Assembly (NCBI GenBank): GCA_035084275.1
Contig: CM068758.1
Span: 5,642,001-5,706,000, forward strand
DNA length: 64,000 nt
Direction of reading: 5' to 3'
Origin: Hydrolagus colliei
Lineage: Eukaryota
The notes under the pieces were generated by a model, which saw nothing but the letters and a program-made list of their open reading frames with translations, had not been told where the DNA came from and made no database searches. Each line of letters opens with the position of its first letter. The first letter of the stretch is position 1. This document shows positions 24,050 through 37,349 of this stretch, piece after piece. Position numbers and translations under genes: made by a program.

Positions 24050-25050
24050 GTGTGCATTGAGATGAAAATCAGTTCAAGTGAAACAATAATGGTATGAATT
24101 AAGAAATCAGGTACTCTCACACTGATAGAGTCCATTTCAGCCCCAGAGGAAAGACTTGTTCTTTAAACTTGGGGCAACGTAAGGAAACGATTTTCCCTAA
24201 TATATATGCACCACATATTGGCCAGGAAACATTTTTATGGGAATTTTGCTGCTAAACTTGCTGAATGGGGGTCTGTTACCCATTATTATGGCAGGGGATT
24301 ATAACACAGTTCCAGACATCATATTAGATTGCTGCAACAGAGGTCTGGGTTTAATTGATCAATCCACACAGACCTTGCAGAACTTAATGGAAGATCAGGG
24401 CTGGCTGGATGGTATTTGGAATCTTTGGAGCCCCACAGAGATGGGTTAGAGCCTTGCTTTTCCCTTCAGTATACCATTGCTATTCCCAAATTGATACGGT
24501 TTTGATTTCTCACTCATTGTGTAACATGATCCTTGATAAAAAATACAGGTATTTTTTGGCAATTGCACCAATAAAACTGATGTTTTTATTGTACAGTCCT
24601 GGCTTGAAAACAGTTTGGCAGGATTTTAATAATTCGCTCATTTCAAGATCTTGCTTTTCATATGTATGCTTTTTTTAAAAAAAAAATAGAATCCTCCTGG
24701 CTTCATGGAGACCACCCATACTTGGAGATACGATTAATCTGCCTCTGGAAAAAGAGGCAGATTGCGTAGACTAAGTATTTCATAATATGTACTAAAAAAA
24801 TGCAAGTGTAATTATTGAGAATGTGGAAAAATAAACAGCAGGCGCTATGCGGATATGTCTCACTTCCTACAATCGACAGGGAATTACAAAGAAAGTTAAT
24901 ACACCAAATATGTCGGTTTAACACCATATTACTATCGAGGGAGGAATTTAATCTGGTTTGGATTAAGATGACAAACCATCAGCATGGGAAAAAGATGGAA
25001 AAAAAACAATAGGATAAGGAGAAGCCGTTTAAACAAAAGTTAGAAGGTCT
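24050..25050 (+). mobile_element. Decayed L1-clade LINE, ORF2 APE endonuclease region
   Basis: Remnant motifs NIYAP, IIMAGDYNTV (GDFN motif), WLDGIW (DIWR), YSQIDTVLIS (SRID) and DFNNSL, in shifting frames. Confidence 0.7.
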
Positions 25051-25329
25051 TCAAGATGTTAAAATCGATGCCTTGTTTTATTCCATTTATTTCTTGTTTT
25101 ATTCAGATTATATTTATTTTACTCACTTTATTTTACTCATGCAAGGGAGAGAACCCATGTTCGATTCTGGAAAGAGGCAAAACCTTAGGCATATTTCCTT
25201 ACTCCACATGGAAATACTCTACTCAATTTGGAAATACTTGATCACTCAGTGCTGAAACATGCACATGAGGCTCACGGGACAAGACTGTCTCCAGTCTCTG
25301 GTGCTCACAAGCCAACGACAACTTGCAGT

Positions 25330-25560
25330 TATATCACGTTCTCCATGCAGGGTAGTGTCTCAGAGTGCGGAACACTCATTCCACTCCATAACTCGCTTGT
25401 TACCTTGGCTCAGCTGGTTCAGATCTTCACCATTGGCGGCCATGCTTTCAGCCACTATGTGGAGCTCCCTTCCTCAATCCCCTGACCTTGCCTTCTTTTT
25501 GCCCATTTTCGAATCACACTGAAAGACTTACCTCTTGGACCATACCTTGGGGTTTCTCTC
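25330..25560 (+). mobile_element. L2 3' fragment (SINE A head fragment nearby at ~25140-25210)
   Basis: caccattggcggccatgctttcagccactatg (TIGGHAFSHY) and ctgaaagacttacctctt. Confidence 0.6.
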
Positions 25561-26019
25561 TTCTCTTTCTAGTTTGACGTTAAAACACTCTGCTGTTAAA
25601 CTCTTCATCACCTACATGAAAGGTACCATACAATGTAAGTTGTTATTATGGTTGTATTAAAGCTGTAAATGAAGCATATGTAAGGAATGATTTTAATAAG
25701 ACCTGTGTAAGAATTTTTACTAGCCAGACTCTGAATATTATTTTTGTAATTTAGTGAAATCATTGGAGTGATTTTGTTTAAGGATCTGGGCTGCATGTTC
25801 ACTTGGAACAAGATACAGTTTAGTGCATTTAGAATTTCATTGCCCCAAGCTTTGCTTCTCATTATGGTTGAAGTAAGAATCATTGGTTCAGTAGATACAT
25901 CGTGGGCAGTAAAATTACTCCTGAGCCATCAAAGGGTCTGTATTGTTGACCTATAAAGTAGCTGTGTAATTCATTTGAAACTCGCTTTCATCACAAGCAC
26001 AGGCTCAAGTATCAGAGAT

Positions 26020-26345
26020 TATGGGTTTAGAGATTACGGAAGGATTTGATAAGAGATTTTAGTATGTTTTCACCTATTGGTGAGTCCAAAATCAGAGGTC
26101 ATGAGTATAAGTTAATAGTGGATCTAGCAGTCAGTAGAGAGTAGCGATAATATAAAGCTCACTGCTGGAAACTGTTGTTCAAGTAAAAGACCTAAATATA
26201 TTGAAGCAAAATCTTGATGCATACATGAGAAAGAATGGAATAGAGGAGTATAGCAGAAGTGAATAGGAGGGGTGATGCTTGCATGAAGTATGAACACCAG
26301 CACAGACCAGTTGAGTCAAGTGGCTTGCCTCCCTACCATATGTAA
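26020..26345 (+). mobile_element. Decayed CR1 3' end
   Basis: aaggatttgataag...gtgagtccaaaatcagaggtcatgagtataag...aacaccagcacagaccagttgagtcaagtggc. Confidence 0.6.
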
Positions 26346-26790
26346 TAAAGCATAGCAGCAAATTAATGGTTGAGTAGAGCACTGTATGTACTTCCAATCC
26401 TATGAATACCACCAATAAATGTGAATTGAGCCACATGCAGCTACATTAATTGGTACATTCATTGATGCCAAATGAATTCATTCCATTCGTTTCTCTTTAA
26501 CCCCCACCAACCTTCGCCACTATATTGCAAGGGATTGCAAACTATAATTTGCAAAGTAATTTCATGAAATATACTTTGATTTGCACAATCAATCCCACAT
26601 GGCTGATCTGCTCTCTGTATTTATACTGGAGCTATTTTGTTTGTTGATTCTAATTCCAAGCCAGGATAGAAAATGATAAATTCTGAACGAATTTCAGTTT
26701 ATTTGGATCCAATGGGGCCTATTGGCAAAACAAAACTAAAACAACATTACAATTAACCAGAATTTTCTACAGCGATATATTAGAAAGAGA

Positions 26791-27107
26791 GTGGTATCAT
26801 GTAGCTCAGTGGTTGGAGCACTCGCCTTGAGATGCCTTGAGCAAGTGAGATACCGGGGTTCGATTCCCGGCAGGGGAAACCTTGGGCATGTTTCCTTACT
26901 CCACACGCCTGATAATAATCTCTCACCAAAAAAAAATGGATCACTTCAATCCATGGCTATTTGTGGGACATTGATGTGTACAATTGGCTGCCGCATTTCG
27001 TCCCCAAATATACAGTCAATTGACTTTACAGTATATTCTGTGAAGCGCTTTGAGACATCTAGAAGATGTGAAAAGCGCGATATCAAATGGAAGGATTATT
27101 ATTTTAT
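26791..27107 (+). mobile_element. SINE family A, full length
   Basis: A box tagctcagtggttgg, B box ggttcgattcc, body and aaggattattatt tail; internal gccttgag duplication. Confidence 0.9.
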
Positions 27108-27325
27108 TTGAGCCCAGTTGTGAGACTCCATTTCCCAAAGAGTGCCCTAAACTCCCATTTCCCGGTGAAACTCACTGGCAAGACACACTGTTGAATTCTC
27201 TCTGTAATACTTTGACCTCACCACATATTATCACTACTCAAAGCCACCATATCTCTAACTTCTAAAATTCTCTACTCTCAATTTAAAATCTACCCCTTTG
27301 ACTTGTAACCTTCCCTTCCATCTTC

Positions 27326-27385
27326 GTGGAGTTCTGTAGCTCAGTGGTTAGAGCACTCGCCTTACAAGCGTGAGACATGTGTTCC
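27326..27385 (+). mobile_element. SINE family A, head only
   Basis: gtggagttctgtagctcagtggttagagcactcgccttacaagcgtgagac. Confidence 0.8.
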
Positions 27386-28226
27386 TCTTTGTCCTATACA
27401 AAGAGCGCTATATAAATACATTATTGTTGTTGCATTGCAAGTACATGACTGAAATATCTCCTTGTAACACTCTTGTTGCTGTCTATAATCTGCCTTTCTA
27501 TTAGTCCCTCACCTCTTTCAGAATTATCTTCACTGAGTCTAGCCCCCAGTCCTTATGTTTAGTTTTCTCATATCTTTGAATTATTTGTTCTTGTCCTCTA
27601 GATCTGAATTCAGTCGATACGGTCTTTATCCCCTATATTTTTTCATCACTAGATTATACTTTTCTATCCATATTGCTCTCATGTTCTGCTTCCAACCTAA
27701 TCTGACCCAGAATTTTTAACACAGCTCCAACATTTCCTCTACACAATCCTGCAATTTAATAAGTATTTAGTTTATTGGAACTAAAGTAGAGCCTCCAGTC
27801 TCTCCCAGTTACTCAAGTCTTTGTGAATAACAGGTTATACTGGAAAGCATTCAAATTACTTTTATGAACATATTACTCTTCTGTAGGAGCTCTCCCCAGA
27901 CTCCGTGACTACCCCTTATTACTGGACTCCTAGGGAAAAAGTACTAAACAAAGCCAATATCTTTACTTGGAGTAAGATCTTGGCAAAAGGGTGGCATGCC
28001 TGAGATAACATTTGTGAGAGTGTAGTGTTTGGAATTGTATGGAACTGCCTCTCCTTTTATGGGCTTTGGTTGCTGAAAAAACTTTTAATAGAATTAATCA
28101 TGTTTCTTTAAAGAAAACAACTGGTTTTATTCAATAGAGTATACTACATCACTATCTAACATTTTGGAAGTGTTAGATAGTGTATCTGCTGGACAAGTGG
28201 CATATGAAATGCTTTCCAATATGGTG

Positions 28227-28364
28227 NNNNNNNNNNNNNNNNNNNNNNNNNNNNNNNNNNNNNNNNNNNNNNNNNNNNNNNNNNNNNNNNNNNNNNNNNN
28301 NNNNNNNNNNNNNNNNNNNNNNNNNNNNNNNNNNNNNNNNNNNNNNNNNNNNNNNNNNNNNNNN
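28227..28364. other. Assembly gap (138 N)
   Basis: Run of N. Confidence 1.
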
Positions 28365-28467
28365 ACATAAGGCAGGAGATGTGATGTGATGCATATGTAA
28401 TGATTTCATGATACCTTGTCATTACCTCAAATCAAGGACAGACGCCATTAGTTGTTGGCATGTAGTT

Positions 28468-29100
28468 ATTAGCTTGGCAAAGTTGGTAGTATACCTGGGT
28501 CAAAAAGTGGTGGGCATACACCCAAGATTTGAGCGCATGGTATAGGTTGTACATGATATAGATTCTAGTACAGTGCTAGTGGAACTCTGTATTGTAGGCT
28601 GTCCTTTGGATAAGACATTCAATTGAGGTCCCATCTACCTGCCCAGGGATCCAATGGTGCTATTTGAAAACAAATAAATTGTTTTCTGGTGTTTTGGCCA
28701 ACAATGCTACAGATAAAGTGGTCATTATGAATAATAATAAGAATAATCCTTGTATTTGACATAGTGTTTTTCACATCTTATCAACATCTCAAAGCGCTTC
28801 ACAGAATATACTCTAAAGTGAATTGACTGTATACTTGTGGGCGATATGCGGCAGCCAATTGCGCACAGCAGTGTCCCACAGATAGTTGTGGATTGAAATG
28901 ACCAAAATGTTTTTTTTTGGATGGATTATTATTAGGCATGTGGAGTAAGGAAACTTGCCCAAGGTTTCGCCCTGATCTGCTTGGATTCGAACACAGGTCT
29001 CACGCTTGTAAGACGAGTGCTCTAACCACTGAGCTACAGGAGCTCATTCACTTCATAGTTAGTGTAGGATGTTATGTGCAAGTGGCTGCTGCATTTAAAT
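28468..29100 (+). mobile_element. DeuSINE family B copy with a nested SINE A
   Basis: agcttggcaaagttggtag...ttggataagacattcaattgaggtcccatct...gatccaatggtgctatttgaa...tggccaac; resumes at ~29043 (tcattcacttcatagtt...ggctgctgcattt). Confidence 0.65.
28730..29041 (-). mobile_element. SINE family A, full length, nested in a DeuSINE
   Basis: Complete reverse copy from aataatccttgtatttga to gagtgctctaaccactgagctacagg. Confidence 0.9.
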
Positions 29101-29184
29101 CAGTCTTCTTATGATCAGTAGTCATAAGGCTAGGTTAGCAAGTTTATGGTTAGTTGATGTTGCTTTTCAGCTTTAGCATCTGAG

Positions 29185-29298
29185 TAATAATTACAATCCT
29201 TGCACTTGATGTAGCATTTTTCACGTCTTCTAGACATCTCAAAGTGCTTCACAGAATATACTGTAAAGTGCTCTAACCACTGAGCTACAGGACTCCAC
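29185..29298 (-). mobile_element. SINE family A with ~200-bp internal deletion
   Basis: Tail joined directly to head: acagaatatactgtaaAGTGctctaaccactgagctacaggactccac. Confidence 0.85.
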
Positions 29299-30399
29299 AA
29301 TAATAAGAGTTCCAAGCAGTGATACTTTCAGGAAGATAATTTCTTGCTCAGGAGAAGTATCATTGTGTGAAGCATCATCGCTAGGTTCGTGTCAGAGTTT
29401 TTTAGATGAATATGGATGTCAAGTAAGGACAAGATCAGCCATGACTGTGATCTTCCTCGTGGTTGAACAGACTGCCAGCAATCACTGTCTAGGATCAAAT
29501 ATTGTTTAGTGCAGAGGGATTTTTTGTTGTTGTTGAAATTATGGAATCATTAGATTAGCTCAAGGAAAGGATATCACACAATCATTTTTTAAACAGCCAA
29601 TTTGGCTATCTTCCATCCTGACCCTGTTCCTTCAACACAGGCCATTTGATTTTGATTAACTCTCGAGTCCTTCAGTATGTTAGAACATTATCGTTATGAA
29701 AAACAGACAAGCACGTTTCTTACCAGAGTACCGAAACTTCAACTCCACAAAGTGCTTCCAACAACTGAAATAAGTCATTTCTGATGAGACTGTGACTGAG
29801 GAGACTGTAGGGACTGATATTTGGCTTTGAGAGGATTAACATGCTCAAGCACATCTAACAGGTGAAGTATTTTGCTTATCAACCAGGCAGGAATCCTGCA
29901 ATTTTCAAAACTTAGAATTCCAGCACTGTTCCTGCACTCCAGGATAGGATACAAGAAAAGGGTTGACTGTTAGCTGATACAGTATTTCCCTTAACATCTC
30001 TTTAACACTTTTCTTGCCTTTAGTTTATTAATACTACCCGGGCCACAGCTTCTCTGAACTTTTCTGACTTGTTCCAGCTGAACTCCAAATAATAAAATTG
30101 AAGACAAAATATATTTTTGGGGAGCTCAACTTTCAAACAATGAATGTCATATGCAACCTATGAGATCAATTGAATGATGCATTGAATTTCGGAATCTCCT
30201 GGGAACTACGTGTTTCTGAGGCCTGGGAACACTAATATTACATTTGGATGATTGCCTTTTGAATTTGAGTCATACTGATCTTAACAATGATTCTAGACAC
30301 TTGATGCATCCAACTATTGAAGGTTACCCTTCTCCAATGCCCTGTTTACTGTGGTTCACCCCTTACCCTCCACAAACAGCAGATTATCCAAAACTCAAC

Positions 30400-30685
30400 A
30401 AACTGCATTCTCTCCTGCACAACACTGTGAATCCATTACGCCCATCTTCGCCAGGCTGTATTGGCTACCTATTACTAGCTGCCGCATTTCACCCAGATAT
30501 ATACAGTCAATTCAATTTGCTGTGAAGCGCTTTGAGACATCTTAAAAAAAAGATGAAAAGCGCTATAACAAATGCAAGGATTATTATTATTATTATTATT
30601 ATTACCCACCAGATCAATTATAGGATCCTTATTCTTAAGTTTCAAAAAGCCTCCATGACCTTGCCCCACCATATCTCTGTGTCTC
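30400..30685 (+). mobile_element. L2 fragment with a nested SINE A 3' part (30479-30603)
   Basis: SITPIFARLYWLPI is interrupted by the SINE tail plus (TAT)n, then resumes as cccaccagatcaattataggatcctt. Confidence 0.7.
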
Positions 30686-30699
30686 ATATTCATGGCTCA

Positions 30700-31345
30700 T
30701 ATTTTATCTGCCTCAAGCTTTGCTTTTTTCTATCTCCGACGCATCGCCCGTCTCCGCCAATACCTCAAACCAAAAGCCGCCAAAACCCTGGTCACTTCTT
30801 GGCTGGACTATCCAAATGCTCTTCTCGCCAGTCTCCCCTCTGCTACTATTCATAAAATCCACATCATCCAGAATTCTGCTGCCCGCATTCTTACTCTTAC
30901 CAAACTCCACTCCCCGAATACCCAGTCCTTGCCAGACTGCACTGGCTCCCTGTCCCGGAGAGAATTGAATTCAAGATCCTCACTCTTGTTTTCAAATCCC
31001 ACCACTCCTCTGCAACCCTCCTTTCTCTCTGATCTCCTCTCTCCTCACAACAGTACCCATTGCCTTTGCTCCACCGGGACTGGCCTCCTCCTTGTCCCCC
31101 GAATCCCCCGCTCTAGCACCGGCGGCCGTGCCTTCAGCCACTACTCCCCGAGGCTGTGGTACTCCCTTCCTCGCCTCGCCCCCTCTTTTCCTATTTTTTA
31201 TCATGGCTAAAGACCTTTCTTTTTGACCGTGCTTTCTGTCACCTTCTTCCCCCTTCCTCTGGCTCGACCCCGGGATCCGTTATTGGGAAGCGAACTGAAA
31301 CGCCGTCTGGAGGAGGGCACTACATAAATCCAAGTTGTTGCTGTT
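30700..31345 (+). mobile_element. L2 LINE 3' portion
   Basis: FFYLRRIARLRQYL...LDYPNALL...IIQNSAARIL...GGRAFSHY; tail gagggcactacataaatccaagttgttg. Confidence 0.9.
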
Positions 31346-31930
31346 ACTTTATTTAGAACAGCAATGTTTCTATGATTTTGTTTTTGATTCCATGAGATGG
31401 CTGTAGCACTTTTTCAATCACTTGTTGCAACAGAATGGAACACATGACCATTTCTGGAGCTCCCAGGCAAAGTGCAACACAGCCAGAGTAACACTCTCTG
31501 TTTTGCAGCTTATTCCTTGTCAGCAAACAACAACAAAATAACAGCAACAAATTTACATTTGTGTAGCGCCTTTAACGAGAGTACGATTTAAGTACAGAAT
31601 TAACGTGCTCCAAGCTGCTGTAGAAGGTGTGATGTTGTTCAATGCAGACATCACCATCAGCTGCTGTTGCTTTATGCAACCATGTTACTGCTTCGAGGTC
31701 CCTGTTTCCCTGGCAATGTAATTATAGCAGCATGTGTTAGCAAGTTATTTTATTTTCCCCTTCAAAAATTATATAAGTTAAAGATACAGTGGAGGGAAAT
31801 AAAGGTTTCTCTCCATTCTGGGGGGAAGGAAATCAACTGGGCTCTTTATGATGTTCAAGGTCTATGGATCGCGAGGTTCATGCTGTCATCAGAATGCCTT
31901 GATCTGGTTGCAGGCCTTGCGGGTTCTACC

Positions 31931-32250
31931 AATAATAATAAGAAGAAGAATCCTTGCATTTGATACAGCACTTTTCATGTCTTCTAGATGTCTCACAGCT
32001 CTTCACAGAATATACAGCAAAGTGAATTGACTAATTATTTTGTTGGAGAAACGTGGCAGCCAATTGCGCACAGCAGTGTCCCACAAACAGTCCTGGATTG
32101 AAGCGACCAATTTAGTATTTTGCTGTGAGGGATTTTTATCAGGCGTGTGGAGTAAGGAAACTTACCTAAGGTTTCACCCTGATCTGGAATCGAAAGCAGG
32201 TCTCTCGCTTGCAAGGCGAGTGTTCTAACCACTGAGCTGCAGGACTCCAC
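31931..32250 (-). mobile_element. SINE family A, full length
   Basis: Reverse copy ending ctaaccactgagctgcaggactccac. Confidence 0.9.
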
Positions 32251-33663
32251 GTATACACATTATACCATGTAAGTGCAACTGAGACAGAAAATGGATGGTC
32301 TTCCTGTCTATGTATTGTAGTTTCAGGTATTCATGTATGAGGGCTTTGAGACCCATGTACTTCCTGTTGATCAGCCATCTGAGTAATTGTTGTGCCAGGG
32401 CTATCACACACGTATAAAACCCCAATGTAGGTTTGTTTTTCTACAAGGTAGATTTGAAGCAGTGTTCAAGGTGTGGGCCTTGAGAAAATGTTTTCTGAGA
32501 AAGAGAAAAGTGTTGGAATGCTAAAAAGAAGCTGAGGAAATTTCTGTTCATTAATGTATTAAGGCCACAGGTATCCTTTGTGGTGTAGAAAAAATGTACT
32601 ATGGGGCTAAACACTGCCATATGGGTCTAAATCCTATGCATCGACGATGACAGGGAGAAATTTCTTCTCTGCTTTTAGTCAAGGTAACTCTTCCAGAGCA
32701 ATGGTACGATCCTGGCATGATAACGAGTAGTGAGTCAAGGCTAGAATTATTAGTATTAGTAGGTTATCCAGAGAATAACCATTAGAAAAAGGAAATGTGT
32801 TATATATTTTCTACTTTACTCCCTTTTACGAGCCACATTCAACATTTCTGCAAAAGATACGTGACAAATTTCCTCCACTCTACTTTTAGAAGTACCCTTT
32901 AAATTTAAATTAAAGGGTTTAAATTAAATCAATGGAGTGATTTGACCACAATATTATTCCTCTCAACTTTTCTTCCTCTTTAACTTCACAAGAATACAGG
33001 AGAGCTTCAGTTGAAAGAAAGTTGGTTTCTTATTCACTGAAATAAGCCACCATGCCTTCATTCCAAAAGAGCATCAAGCTGCTTGTTAAGCTCATTTAGC
33101 CTCTACCACCCTTCCTGATAACCTGTTCCAGGTATTCATCTTCCTCTGAGAAAAGATTCACATCTGGTGGTCTTCCCTAAAATTCCTTCAGATGCCATTG
33201 GTTCTTGTCCAGCTGCCAAAGTACTGTTAATTTGTTTTTCCCTTGTGGTCATTTGTCCCTGAAATGCAGGCCATTACAACATATTGTGTTTTTCTAGGAT
33301 GACAGCTGTAAACTTTCTTAAGTTGGAAAATGTTGGTAAAAATATTTCACCTCACTTTTCTCTAATGGAGATTGGAATTGTCCAAGCCCAGATCCTTCTT
33401 TGGTGTATGTATTCTTTGTGTTATATGGCTGATATTTCTCAGAATGTAAATGATGTTGTTGTTGATGTGCTTGTGACCATTGCCGGGATAATAGTTCCTC
33501 ATAAAGGGTACAGAGCTGAGGCTTTTCATAGTCTAGGTGCCCTGGACAATGAGTATTATTGACCGCTAAGTTGAATAGACCCCTAATTTCTGAAATCTAG
33601 ATCTATAACATGGCTTCTCCTCATACACAACATACACAGTTCAAATACAGACTCATCCTGAAA

Positions 33664-33962
33664 TAATACTTATAATAATCCTTGCATTTGATGTAGCGCT
33701 TTTCACATCTTCTAGATGTCTCAAAGCGCTTCACAGAATATACCGCAAAGTGAATTGACTGTATATTTTGTGGACAAAATGTGACAGCCAATTGTGCACA
33801 ACAGAGTCCCCAAAACAGTTGTGGATTTAAGTTTTTTTTAAGGGATTAATGTCAGGCGTGTGGAGTAAGTAAACTTGCCCAAGGTTTCACCCTGACTGGA
33901 ATTGAACCCAGGATTCTTGTTTGCAAGGCAAATGCTCTAACCACTGAGATACAGGCCTCCAC
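33664..33962 (-). mobile_element. SINE family A, full length
   Basis: Reverse copy from aataatccttgcatttgatgtagcgc to gctctaaccactgagatacaggcctccac. Confidence 0.9.
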
Positions 33963-34269
33963 AACATTGTGAAAACCCACTGGTTTGTAATCGGCTTTGG
34001 CATCTTCAACTCAAACTAGATCAGGAAAAATTAATTTCACATTACTGCCACAAAAAACAATCTCTCTTTACCCCCAAGTTAAATGTATCAGTCAAACAGG
34101 AACCAGTGTGAAGCAAGTGGGTTTGTTCAAAGTTTATGAGGAATTTCCATGTTTTTTTTAAACAAGTAGCCAGCAAATGAGAAAACACTGCAAATGTTTA
34201 TTTACTGAGACTGAGCACCCATCTGAAAGCACTGGCATCAACACAGTAAAGATGGTTTGTCTTTTTCCA

Positions 34270-34680
34270 TGGGGGAGAGAGAGAGAAAGGCATGGGATGG
34301 GGGGGGGGAGAGAGAGAAAGCAAACACAGGGGAGGGAAAGAGAGTGCAAAGTGGTGGGAGAGACCGAGCACGAGGTTTGGGAGAGAATGAGAGAGGGGTT
34401 GATGTGCATGGAGCAAATGTGGGGGGAGGAGAGAGCAAGTGGATGCTGGGAGTGAGCAATGGCAGAGAGGGAGAGGAGGGGGAGAACGAGTGGCTGGTGG
34501 GGGTTGGTAGAAGGAATGAGCAATGAGTAGGGGTGTGGAGTGAGAGAGACCAAGTGGCAGGGTGGGAGAGACAAAGCAGCGAGGGAAGAGGGGGAATAGT
34601 ATAGTGGGAAGCGAGAGGACATGAGAACACAGTGTGAGAAAGAGCACATAAAAGGAGTAGAGATGGGAGAGAAAGAGAAA
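34270..34680. repeat. Purine-rich (GA) low-complexity tract
   Basis: G/A-dominated plus strand with degenerate GGGAGAGA units. It generates several spurious ORFs. Confidence 0.8.
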
Positions 34681-35599
34681 TGTTTCTACACAAATGAAGT
34701 GGCGTCTCTCATTATTTTACTATTGACATTGGAATAATGGGTGAAATGGTCAAAACTTGTGCATTGTGTTGTTACGTTTAGTTTGCCTTGTTGACTAATT
34801 GCAGCGTTTGGCTTGTTTTTTGCTTTCCCAAATATCTGCGGACATATTGCTTCCGTCCATTGCTGTTTCTCATTGAATAATCTCACTGTAATTGACCTAT
34901 AATTTGCTATTTTTCTGTGCATCAGTATTGAGGACAGATGCATTGTGTATTTAGTTGCTGGGGGCACTGAAAGACCTTGAAAAGCTGCACTAGGTACCTG
35001 GCACAGGGTATTGGCAGGCGTTCGACTCCCATAATCTACTGCCATCCGGAGCAAACCTGTTTCAATATGTGGTGATTCAGCCCGCATTTCAATTTCTTCA
35101 AACCAGAGAAATTTCAGCATTGGAGGAGCCATTCAGCTCATTAAGCTGGTACTATTTTTACTCTCCATGGAGCTGTCTATTTGAATCCCATTCCTGCACT
35201 TTTCTCACGCCGTTTTGTATAGTTAGTCTACGTATGTTTATCTAATTCTCTATTTAAATGTTGTATTTGACTTGGCTTTAATAGCTACTTGGCAAATTCA
35301 TTCCACATCTTAATAACTGTAATAGCTTTGTGTTACAAGAATTATTTTAATCTCTTATTCATGTTTCTAATACTAATTTAATTTGATATCCTCTTGACGC
35401 CATTTCACTATTTTATAATTTAGATCAACTTTTCAGCATCCAGTGAAGCAACCTTGAGTTTGAAATTACATACAAAACATGATGTAAATTAAGATGTCGG
35501 CCATAATTTGGGGCGTGAAGCAAAAATAATGAGTTAATTTTGCATGTCAAATTCCTATGCACTTCCCAACTCTACTTTTCCACCTCATTTGTGACCCCC

Positions 35600-36478
35600 A
35601 GTCCCCTGACAGGCTGAGCTGGATGAGCACTAATTTCCTTCAGCTTAATGTTGACAACACGGAAGCAATACTCTTTGGTTCTCGTCGACGTCTTCAATCC
35701 CACAGCTCTCACCTCCTCTACCTACCCTACCTATTCCTAAAACTCTCCAAACCCGATCGCAACTTAGGTGTCAGATTCAACTCCCAATTATCCTTCCTCC
35801 CCCACATCTGGTCACTCACCAGCACCTCTTTCTTTTATCTCCGACGCATCGCCCGTCTCCGCCAATATCTCACCCAAAAAGCTGCCACAACGCTGGTCCA
35901 TGCTTTTGTCACCTGTCGGTTGGACTATTCCAATGCCCTCCTAGCTGGTTTCCCCTCTGCTACCATTCACAAAATCCAGATTATCCCAAATTCCGCCACC
36001 TGCATTCTTACCCGTACCAAAATTCGCTCCCCTATTACCCCAATTCTTGCCAGATTTCATTGGCTCCCTGTCTTGGCGTGGATCGATTTCAAGATCCTCA
36101 CTCTTGTGTTCAGATCCCTCCACTCCTCTGCACCCCGCTACTTCTCTGACCTGTTTCCTCACAACAGCACCCATTGCCTTCGCTCCACTGGGTCTGGCTT
36201 CCTCTTTGTCCCCGAATCCTCCATTCCACCGTCGGCAGCTGTGCCTTCAGCCACTACGCCCCAAGGCTCTGGAACTCCCTTCCTCACAACCTTTGCCTCG
36301 CCCCCTCTTTTCCTATTTTCAAGTCACAGCTAAAGATCTTTCTTTTCTACAGCGCTTTTGGTCACCTTTTTCCCCCCTCTCCCTGGCTCGGCCCCGGGAT
36401 CCGTTATTGTGAAGCGCTCTGAGATGCCGTGTGGTGTGGAGGGCGCTATATAGATCCAAGTTGTTGTTTTTGTTGTAG
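35600..36478 (+). mobile_element. L2 LINE 3' ~0.9 kb with a largely open ORF2 C-terminus
   Basis: WMSTNFLQLNVDNTEAILFG...RNLGVRF...LVHAFVTCRLDYSNALL...ITPILARFHWLPV; tail gagggcgctatatagatccaagttgttg. Confidence 0.92.
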
Positions 36479-37349
36479 TTGGGATGCAATACCTATATCT
36501 AGGTCAGGCAAATATCCACATGTTTTGCATAGATTTAATTAAAGTAAAACATTACGGCATTTCAGTCATAACTCTGAGACATCTGTTTGCAACAACATAG
36601 ACTATGAGTATTAGTTGTTTGGTGGTGCACACTGCTCTGGTTGGGTTAATATTAAAATAATAAAGCTACTCCTAACCTGCAACTAATTGGAACATTAGAA
36701 GTTTATGCACCAAACACTTTTTTAACACCGGTTTGCTGTGGGAGACTGGAATTTCCCTGGATCAGGCAGTTGATTATTGCGAGATTTCAATCTCAGCACG
36801 AGCTTTGGGGATATACCAAGACATGGGAATCAATCAAAGAGGGTGTGTAGGAGAAAGGTTGTGTTGATCGCAGAGTAACTAAACAGTTACTGAAACCATA
36901 GTGACAGACTGTTCCAACATCTGCTAGCACTTTCATTCTAACTGCATTGTATATATTATTGTTGGGACAAGAAGTTTGAGAGTGCTAGAACCTTAAAAAG
37001 ATGGCTCAGAATGTGAATCGTGTAAATTGTGGAATTTAGGATTACATTTTTTGTCGGAACGTTCGTGTGAAAGCAAAATTACTAATCGTGACTTGCAGCC
37101 AACACGTCTATACTCCACTCAATTTCCTCTATAATGCACGCAAATGGATTATGGGATATGTTAATTCTTTCTTTGGCTTGTATTGCGAAAGTGTCAGCTG
37201 GGGCTGTTTGTGGGATATTAGTGTGCACCAGTTGGCCAACACATCTGCTTACAAGTCACTACATTTCATAGTAATATCCTGTGAAATGCTTTCGATGTTC
37301 CAGCTGACCGATGTCATCTGCGTTTTAAGCTTCTAATAGTAAAAGTAAA

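Noticed and set aside
26791-26870. tRNA-like sequences (also at 27326, 44764 and reverse copies)
   Set aside because: They lack a paired acceptor stem and continue into a SINE body and tail, so they are SINE heads rather than tRNA genes.
27880-28226. Possible L1 ORF2 C-terminal remnant (also ~43440-43700)
   Set aside because: Only vague W/C spacing; too decayed to support without an alignment.
28156-28422. ORFs spanning poly-X
   Set aside because: Caused by the 138-N assembly gap.
34158-34693. Several overlapping 90-160 aa ORFs
   Set aside because: Artefact of a GA-rich low-complexity tract; translations are L/S/P- or G/E/R-biased.
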